This document shows positions 14,244-20,000 of a stretch of 20,000 nucleotides of DNA, one piece after another (within the stretch, counting starts at the first letter, position 1; each line of letters begins with the position of its first letter). Below the pieces are notes generated by a model. The model made no database searches, was not told where the DNA came from, and saw nothing but the letters and a program-made list of their open reading frames with translations. This DNA is from Anaerolineae bacterium (GTDB lineage: Bacteria; Chloroflexota; Anaerolineae; B4-G1; DUEL01), in the NCBI GenBank assembly GCA_041082215.1, contig JBDOIF010000049.1, forward strand, positions 56,186-76,185, given 5' to 3'. The translations under genes and the position numbers were made by a program.

Positions 14244-14588
14244 CTACCTTCTTCGCTCGATCTGTGTCTGACATTCAAAGCAGTAGAGGGCATAAGGAAT
14301 GGCCTTCAACCGGGCCCGGTCTATGGGCCCGCCACACGCTTCGCAGATTCCATACGTACCCTGCTCGAACTTGTGCAGGGCATGATCCACCTGCTCCAGA
14401 AGCGCCGCCTCGTTTCGCTGCAACGAGACCCCCTTGGATTGTTCAAAGGTCTCCGTTGCGTCGTCGGCGATGTGGTTCCCGTAGCCAGTTCCTCGATACT
14501 CATTCCCCTGCAGCAGGAGCACCTGCTCCATTAACTTTGCCCGCTCTTCCAACAGCCGCTGTTTCAGCTCCTCATTCGAGACAGGCAT
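14244..14588 (-). CDS. TraR/DksA C4-type zinc-finger protein (YlyA/YteA-like)
   Basis: Coiled coil LKQRLLEERAKL; tip HIADDA; GTYGICEACG...RLKAIPYALYCFECQ. Purine-rich SD upstream of ATG 14588. Confidence 0.92.
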   Translation of the reverse strand: MPVSNEELKQRLLEERAKLMEQVLLLQGNEYRGTGYGNHIADDATETFEQSKGVSLQRNEAALLEQVDHALHKFEQGTYGICEACGGPIDRARLKAIPYALYCFECQTQIERRR

Positions 14589-14626
14589 CCCCTTTCCCTC
14601 CCACTCCACAGATCAACCGACATATT

Positions 14627-14654
14627 ATTCTACCACAGCCAATACAAACCGCAA
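14627..14654 (-). promoter_or_regulatory. Putative promoter of the dksA-like/lspA/rluD/nitrilase operon
   Basis: On the minus strand: TTGCGG, 16 bp spacer, TAGAAT, with an extended -10 TG. Confidence 0.55.
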
Positions 14655-14718
14655 CCCCCGGCTACGGTCAGGCGTATTTCAATTTCGGGGAGAGTGGTCC
14701 TCTTGCTCGCCAGCGGAT

Positions 14719-14806
14719 CGCGAATCCCACGAATGGCCCGAATACGGCGAACAAGAGGGATACCTGCTCCATTCGCGGTATTCGTCTCCATTCGCGCCAT
14801 TCGTGT
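14719..14806. repeat. Periodic CGAAT / ATTCG inverted repeat array (long interrupted hairpin)
   Basis: CGAAT at 14721, 14730 and 14739, CGAAC at 14748; ATTCG at 14771, 14780, 14790 and 14799. Confidence 0.8.
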
Positions 14807-14875
14807 TTCCCCAGGTCCGGCCCGGGCCAGGGACATCTCGCCCCCAAATTGAAATACACCTCTACGGCCACAGGC

Positions 14876-15901
14876 TCAGCTCGGCGGCTCGAAGGGGCGG
14901 AACCCTTTCCCCCGCACCTCTTCCGCCGGGCTGATGATGACGAAGGCTTCGGGATCAACCTGGCCTACAATTCTCTCCAGATGGGATACCTGCACATCCG
15001 TCACCGCGCAGAGGAGCACATCCCTGGCCTGGCCGGTGTACATGCCGGTGCCCGTCAGTGCTGTCACCCCGCGCCCCAGCTCCCCCAGCAGCCGGATGGC
15101 CACCTGCCGTCCCTGTCCTGTGATGATGGTCGCCAGCCGCTCCCGGGGAGGAGGCTCGACGACGAGCGGTCCGGCGGCCCTCCGCATCCGGCGCACCGCT
15201 TCCGGGAGCGCCCTCTGCAGCTCCTCCCTCCACCGTCGGGGCAGCGACACCAGAAGCATCATCCCGACCAGCAGGCCGTATACCGCCCCAACGAACCCGA
15301 CCACCCAGGCGCCAGGGAGAGGGCCGATGGCCGCCCGCGCGACGATCGCGGCCCCCTCCGAGGCCAGGGACGGATGAAGGGCCAGCTTGGCCCCCCAACT
15401 GGCCAGAAGCAAAGAGATCAACCAGACGTAGTTGCGCCGGAACCGCCGTCCTATCGCCTCCCAGCGGGCGACGGGAAAAACGGGGTGCAGGAGGCTGTCC
15501 GCCAGAGAGTCAGCCCAATCAACGGAGGGAGGCGGGGAAGCCCCCAGCATAGGGGCGAAGAAGCCGATTTCCATCAGGTGGATCCGCTGGGACCAGAGGG
15601 CATAGTAGCGATAACGGCGGGCTTCCATATAGAGAAAGGTCAGGACCAGCAGGAAGACCAGCAGAAGGACGAAATGGGGGTTCTGGGGGGAACTGAAGGC
15701 AAAGCTGAGGGCCGCGGCAACCGTGACCACCGCCCAGTTGGTGGTGGCGTCCAGCCGGGTGCGCCAGGTGGTGGCCCGAGTCACCTCCCCCCGGTAGAGA
15801 TGGGCCATCGCCGTGGAAAACTGGGCCGGACCCATCTCGTATCCCCTAAAGGTCCACGTCCGGAAGGACCCCGCCCTTTCCTCCTCAGCCTGTTCGGACA
15901 T
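14876..15901 (-). CDS. DUF2270-family membrane protein fused to a C-terminal DUF2179 (YitT-type, PII-like) domain
   Basis: AMAHLYRGEVTRATTWRTRLDATTNWAV and EARRYRYY (DUF2270); RGVTALTGTGMYTG...VLLCAV...IVGQVDPEAFVIISPAEEVRGKGF (DUF2179). SD GGAGGT before ATG 15901. Confidence 0.82.
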   Translation of the reverse strand: MSEQAEEERAGSFRTWTFRGYEMGPAQFSTAMAHLYRGEVTRATTWRTRLDATTNWAVVTVAAALSFAFSSPQNPHFVLLLVFLLVLTFLYMEARRYRYYALWSQRIHLMEIGFFAPMLGASPPPSVDWADSLADSLLHPVFPVARWEAIGRRFRRNYVWLISLLLASWGAKLALHPSLASEGAAIVARAAIGPLPGAWVVGFVGAVYGLLVGMMLLVSLPRRWREELQRALPEAVRRMRRAAGPLVVEPPPRERLATIITGQGRQVAIRLLGELGRGVTALTGTGMYTGQARDVLLCAVTDVQVSHLERIVGQVDPEAFVIISPAEEVRGKGFRPFEPPS

Positions 15902-15954
15902 CGGACCTCCCAATCTGACTGTTGTCAACTTACAGAGACACGGCTATCAGCCTA

Positions 15955-16003
15955 CAGCGCAGGCTATTAGCCTGCGCGAAACAGGCCTGGCGGCCTGCGC
16001 TAC
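15955..16003 (-). repeat. REP doublet copy 3 (inverted relative to copy 1)
   Basis: The reverse complement reads GTAGCGCAGGCCGCCAGGCCTGTTTCGCGCAGGCTAATAGCCTGCGCTG, nearly identical to 2378-2426. Confidence 0.82.
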
Positions 16004-17763
16004 CTCCCTGCTCCTTCGACGAAGCGGGCGATAGCCCGGCGGAGGTAGGCCTCCTCCACCACCCCCAGCGGGGAGGGGGTCTCCAGGATGCGCCGGGGGA
16101 TACGCAGCCGGTCCGGCTCGAACCCCTCCCGCAGCTTGAAGGCGTACTTCTGCCGGAGGACTGCGGCTCCCAGGCGGGTCAGCTCGTCGGCAGAGCGCTC
16201 GAAGCCCGCAACAGAAAGGGCCTGCTGCACCACCTCCGGGGTATAGACCCCCCGGGCAAAGAAGCAGACGACCAGGCTGGACAGCACCTGCCGCCACCGT
16301 TCCTCCTCCAGCAACGCCTCCGCCGCCTCCTCCGGCGCAGGCGGGACCCCCTGCTTCGCCCCCGCCTTCTGATCCAGACTGTATCCGGCGCTGTCCAGGT
16401 GGCTGTGCCGGGCGCCGGTCAGGAAAGTGACGTGGCAGGCAGGGCCGGTGTGGTAGCCGGGCATCTCGTTGCCGCCGAAGGCCAGGGCGAAGTCAGCTCC
16501 CCCGTAGAGGGAGGCGGCGTGATCCACCCCCCGCGCCAGCGCCCGGTAGAAGTCGTTGGGCTGGGCGACGATCCGCCGGACGGCCTGGATATAGGTGGGG
16601 TAGTCCCCCCACTTCAGCGAAAGCCCGTCTGTCTCTTCGGTGGAGATCAGCCCCCGCTCCAGCGCCTCCGTGGCCCAGGCCAGCACCACGCCCGTGCTCA
16701 TTGCATCCAATCCCTGGATCTCCACCTCATCCATCAACTGGAGCATCCCCGGCACATCGGAACCGCCCAGGAGGCTGCCGAGAGCGTAAATGGGTTCGTA
16801 ATCGTAGCCCAGCATTGAAATCTTGTAGAAGTACGGCTCGGAAGGGTGAGGGACGCGGAGAGCGGCCAGATGGATGCAGGCCACCGGGCAGTGGGCGCAG
16901 GCCAGCCGTCGGCCCAGATACCCCTCCGCTATCCGCTCGCCGGAAATGGCCTCCGCTCCCTCAAATCGGCCCGCCTGAAGGTTGCGGGTGGGCAGAGCGC
17001 CGATCTCGTTCAGGGGCAGGACGTTCATCGGCGTGCCCAGCTCATGGTACTTCTGCATCAGCGGCGACTCGGTGGCGGCCTTGAAGATGGCATCGTACAC
17101 CTGCCGGTACCCCCGCCGGTCCGCCACCGGCAGGGAGCGGCGACCGGAGACGGAGAGCGCCTTCAGCCGCTTGCTGCCAAAGACCGCCCCCAGCCCCAAC
17201 CGACCGAAATGGCGGTAGGTCTCGGTGATCAGGCAGGCGTAGGTGACCCCCCGCTCCCCGGCCCGACCGATGCGCATAATGGACCGCATCCCGGAGCCGG
17301 CCTCCCGCTCCCGCAGAATGTCGCCCACGGTGTAGCTGGAACGCATCCCCCACAGGGCGGCTCCATCGCGGAAATGGACCTGATCCCCCTCGACGACCAG
17401 ATAAACCGGCGTGGGGCTGGCCCCCCGGAGCACGATGGCCCCGTACCCGGCCATCCGGATGGCGACGGCGCTGCGGCCTCCAGCGTGGCTCTCCCCCAGG
17501 TTGCCGGTGTGAGGGGACTTGAACATCGCCACCGTCTTGGAAGCCATCGGGAAGAAGCCCACCAGCGGCCCCACGGCGAAGATGATGGGGTTCTCCGGGC
17601 CCAGCGGATCGGCCCCCGGGGGGCACTCCTCCTCCAGAAGGCGGACGGCCACCCCAGTCCCCCCCACCCCCTCTTCGAACAGATCGGGCCGATCCTCCAC
17701 CCAGAAGCGGCGGCGGGAGAGGTCAACGTAAAGCACCCGGCGGAGTGGGTCATCCTTCAACAT
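16000..17763 (-). CDS. Aldehyde:ferredoxin oxidoreductase family (W/Mo-pterin) catalytic subunit
   Basis: VLYVDLS, FKSPHTGNLGESHAGG, GRLGLGAVFGSKRLKA and LPTRNLQ; 4Fe-4S ligands CAHCPVAC plus a distal VCFF; GLDAMSTG. SD GAGGAGG before ATG 17763. Confidence 0.93.
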   Translation of the reverse strand: MLKDDPLRRVLYVDLSRRRFWVEDRPDLFEEGVGGTGVAVRLLEEECPPGADPLGPENPIIFAVGPLVGFFPMASKTVAMFKSPHTGNLGESHAGGRSAVAIRMAGYGAIVLRGASPTPVYLVVEGDQVHFRDGAALWGMRSSYTVGDILREREAGSGMRSIMRIGRAGERGVTYACLITETYRHFGRLGLGAVFGSKRLKALSVSGRRSLPVADRRGYRQVYDAIFKAATESPLMQKYHELGTPMNVLPLNEIGALPTRNLQAGRFEGAEAISGERIAEGYLGRRLACAHCPVACIHLAALRVPHPSEPYFYKISMLGYDYEPIYALGSLLGGSDVPGMLQLMDEVEIQGLDAMSTGVVLAWATEALERGLISTEETDGLSLKWGDYPTYIQAVRRIVAQPNDFYRALARGVDHAASLYGGADFALAFGGNEMPGYHTGPACHVTFLTGARHSHLDSAGYSLDQKAGAKQGVPPAPEEAAEALLEEERWRQVLSSLVVCFFARGVYTPEVVQQALSVAGFERSADELTRLGAAVLRQKYAFKLREGFEPDRLRIPRRILETPSPLGVVEEAYLRRAIARFVEGAGR

Positions 17764-18175
17764 GGCTTGCCTCCTCGATCTCCTCCAGCAGCAGGACGTC
17801 GTAGGGACAATAGGGAGCGCAATAGCCGCAATAGACACAGATCTGCGGCTTATCCTGCTGGGGGTCCCAGAAGACCGCCCCCAACGGGCAGGCCCGGACA
17901 CAGTTGCCGCAGCCGATGCAGAGCTCGTCCTTCAGCCGGACCCCGCCCCCCTGGCGGGGGGTGAGGGCGTCGGTGGGGCAGACACGGACGCAGGGCGGAT
18001 CGGCGCAGGCCCGGCAGACGACGACGACGAACCCACGCCGCATCCCGCCCGCCGACCGGACGCCGATGCAGGACCCCGCCAGTCCTCCCTGCCCCAGCCG
18101 TCGGGCGCAGGCGAACATGCAGGACTGGCAGCCGACGCACCGGTCCACATCAACAACGGAGAGCCGCCTGGTCAT
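17750..18175 (-). CDS. 4Fe-4S polyferredoxin electron-transfer subunit of the AOR
   Basis: CVGCQSCMFAC, CRACADPPCVRVCP, CIGCGNCVRACP and CVYCGYCAPYCP. SD GGAGGT. Overlaps the AOR start by 14 bp. Confidence 0.93.
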   Translation of the reverse strand: MTRRLSVVDVDRCVGCQSCMFACARRLGQGGLAGSCIGVRSAGGMRRGFVVVVCRACADPPCVRVCPTDALTPRQGGGVRLKDELCIGCGNCVRACPLGAVFWDPQQDKPQICVYCGYCAPYCPYDVLLLEEIEEASHVEG

Positions 18176-18193
18176 TCCAGTACCTCCAATTCT

Positions 18194-18270
18194 CACCACA
18201 GAGTCACAGAGGACACAGAGCTGTTAAGGAGAGCAGGAGTCTCCGCGCCCCCGCGTCTCCGCGTCTCCGC
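18194..18270 (-). repeat. CACAGAG / CTCCGCG periodic repeat hairpin between rsgA and the ferredoxin gene
   Basis: CACAGAG x3 (18197, 18205, 18214) and (T/C)C(T/C)CCGCG 8-mers x4 (18240-18270). The arms pair on the minus strand using G-U wobbles. Confidence 0.65.
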
Positions 18271-18280
18271 TCAGGTGGGC

Positions 18281-19285
18281 CTACTGTTCGGAGTAGATCC
18301 CCCACCAGTACATATCCGCCAGCCGCTGGTGCTCCTGGCGCAGGCGGACGTAACTCTCGTAGCGGTGGCGGTGGACCCTCCCGGCCTCCACCGCCGCCAT
18401 AACCGCGCACCCCGGCTCCACGGTGTGGGTGCAGTCGGAGAAACGGCAGTCGGCCACATAGGGCGCGATGTCCGGGAAGTAGGCGTCCAGTTCCTCCGGG
18501 TCCACATCAAAGAGGGCCAGGGCGCGGATGCCCGGCGTGTCGGCGACCCAGCCGCCCCGCTCCAGCGGGAAGAGCTGGGTGACGACGGTGGTGTGGCGGC
18601 CCTCGCCGGTGGCAGGGCTCACCTCCCGGACCGCCAGCCCCAGCCCCGGCTGGACCGCGTTGAGGAGACTGCTCTTGCCCGCGCCCGAGGGGCCCACCAG
18701 CGCCGAGACGCGCCCCTCCAGTTGCCGGGCCAGGTCCTCCACCCCCTCCCCCGTCTCCGCGCTGGTGTAGAGGACGGGGTAACCGATTTCCTCGTAGATG
18801 CCGAAGAGGGCCCGGGCCTCTTCCCGGCCCACCAGGTCTATCTTATTGGCGCAGACGACGGCGGGGATGTGCTGGAGTTCGGCCCCCACCAGCAGCCGGT
18901 CCAGCAGCCGCAGGTTCGGCTCCGGCTCCGCGCAGGCGAAGACGAAGACGGCCTGGTCGGGGTTGGCCAGGATGACCTGCTCCCGTTCGGAAAGGTACCC
19001 CTCCCGGTCCCAGCGGCGGGTGCCCCGGCCGCCGGGGGGCGGCTCCAGGCGCGCGAGCACCCGCTCCCGGGGGAGCACCTCCTCAATGACGCCGACGCCG
19101 CCGGGGGCCAGATGGAAGCGGACCCGGTCCCCCACGGCGACGGGGTCGGTATCCCACCGCCGCTTCTTCAGCCGCCCCCGCAGGTGGCAGACGTAGTCTC
19201 CCTCGTCGGTGTGGACGGTGTAGAAGCCGCTCTGGGCACGGATGATGAAGCCGTATTGCGTATTGCGTGTTCCGTACTCCGTCAT
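18281..19285 (-). CDS. rsgA: Ribosome small subunit-dependent GTPase A
   Basis: OB fold VAVGDRV; circularly permuted GTPase NKID, TSA, GPSGAGKSSLLN, GRHTT, DTPG; Zn motif CRFSDCTHTVEPGC. ATGA overlap with the TPR gene stop. Confidence 0.95.
   Translation of the reverse strand: MTEYGTRNTQYGFIIRAQSGFYTVHTDEGDYVCHLRGRLKKRRWDTDPVAVGDRVRFHLAPGGVGVIEEVLPRERVLARLEPPPGGRGTRRWDREGYLSEREQVILANPDQAVFVFACAEPEPNLRLLDRLLVGAELQHIPAVVCANKIDLVGREEARALFGIYEEIGYPVLYTSAETGEGVEDLARQLEGRVSALVGPSGAGKSSLLNAVQPGLGLAVREVSPATGEGRHTTVVTQLFPLERGGWVADTPGIRALALFDVDPEELDAYFPDIAPYVADCRFSDCTHTVEPGCAVMAAVEAGRVHRHRYESYVRLRQEHQRLADMYWWGIYSEQ
19252..19282. repeat. Heptamer tandem repeat CGTATTG-like inside the rsgA 5' end
   Basis: CGTATTG-CGTATTG-CGTGTTC-CGTACTC-CGT. 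Confidence 0.65.
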
Positions 19286-20000
19286 TCGTGGATAATCCTC
19301 TGCAGGTTCTCCTCCACAGTGCGGATATACGGGTGGTCGGGCGGGAGTTTGGCCCGGAAGATGCGCAGCGCGCGCTGGAAGCATTCCCGCGCCCCGGCCA
19401 GGTCGCCCAGGGCCTGGAGCACCAACCCCAGGTTGTTGACCAGCGTGGCAACGTTTGGGTGATCCTCGCCCAGGTGGCGCTCAAATATGCGCAGCGCGCG
19501 CTCAAAACACCCCCGCGCCCCGGCCAGGTCGCCCAGGTCCTGGAGCACCGCCCCCAAGTTGTTGACGTCGGTGGCGACCTCAGGGTGGTCGGGGCCGAAG
19601 GCGGCCTCGTCTATGCGCAGCGCGCGCTCAAAAGCCGCCCGCGCCCCGGCCAGGTCGCCCAGGGCCTGGAGCACATCTCCCAGGTTGTTAAGGTCGGTAG
19701 CAACTTTGGGATTTTTAGGGCCGAAAATTGCCTCATCTATGTGCAGGGCTTGTTCCAGGCATTTTTTCTCTTCGGCGTAGTCGGCTATGGCTCTCAGGTT
19801 GTAGGCAATTTCGGTCCACAAAGCCGCCAGGGCGTCAGCCAGTTTCGTGTCTTGTTGCCAGGGCAGGATTTGTGCACGTTCGGCGGCGGTGCGGAGGTGG
19901 GGAAGGAGAGGGGCGAAGAGGGTGTAGTCGCCGGTGCGGTCAATGCGGTCGTTGGTTTCGGAGGCGAGGGAGGAGAGGAAGGAGAGGAAGGAGGAGAGGG
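19282..20000 (-). CDS. Tetratricopeptide-repeat protein (42-aa kinesin-light-chain-type TPRs), C-terminal part; starts beyond the window
   Basis: The frame is open from 19998 to the stop (LSSFLSFLSSLASETNDRIDRTGDYTLFAPLLPHLRTAAER...). About four repeats of GPDHPxVATxxNNLGxVLQxLGDLAGARxxFERALRI, with 126-bp DNA periodicity (19386, 19512, 19638). Confidence 0.9.
   Translation of the reverse strand, partial: LSSFLSFLSSLASETNDRIDRTGDYTLFAPLLPHLRTAAERAQILPWQQDTKLADALAALWTEIAYNLRAIADYAEEKKCLEQALHIDEAIFGPKNPKVATDLNNLGDVLQALGDLAGARAAFERALRIDEAAFGPDHPEVATDVNNLGAVLQDLGDLAGARGCFERALRIFERHLGEDHPNVATLVNNLGLVLQALGDLAGARECFQRALRIFRAKLPPDHPYIRTVEENLQRIIHE

Noticed and set aside
14264..19462. Plus-strand ORFs 14264-15970, 15922-16818, 16846-17964 and 17762-19462
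   Set aside because: They are antisense to well-supported minus-strand genes and have low-complexity translations.
19365..19810. Diversity-generating retroelement TR/VR pair in the TPR repeats
   Set aside because: The repeats are in-frame coding tandem units, the differences are not confined to adenines of one template strand, and no reverse transcriptase is present in the window.
19961..20000. GA-rich purine tract as a separate repeat or triplex element
   Set aside because: It is explained by Leu/Ser/Phe codons (CTC, TCC, TTC) of the minus-strand TPR gene and is truncated by the window edge.

Overview
GC-rich bacterial DNA, most likely a thermophilic Chloroflexota (Anaerolineae-like); this is inferred from the YLPLV C-terminal tails, repeat types and gene style. 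Most of the window is housekeeping or metabolic: xpt (partial), guaA, an FmdB-type zinc ribbon, an M29 aminopeptidase and a short mutL on the + strand, then a minus-strand run of TPR protein (partial), rsgA, 4Fe-4S protein, aldehyde:ferredoxin oxidoreductase, DUF2270-DUF2179 fusion, DksA/TraR-like, lspA, rluD and a nitrilase-fold protein lacking its catalytic Cys. The most interesting part is a minus-strand cell-surface cluster (2448-8741). It contains a secreted Asp-rich adhesin-like protein ending in a PTAVEL...WxTAxE...GF domain plus a YLPLVLR tail, a PorU/gingipain-like C25 cysteine peptidase with an apparently intact His/Cys dyad and the same YLPLV tail, and a DUF11 protein with an LPESG sortase-type signal. 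Together these suggest a possible C25-sortase-based surface-sorting system outside the type IX secretion context. Intergenic spaces carry GTAG-tagged REP doublets and periodic short-repeat hairpins. No CRISPR array, rRNA, tRNA or transposase was recognised. All family assignments are from motif recognition by eye, not database searches.
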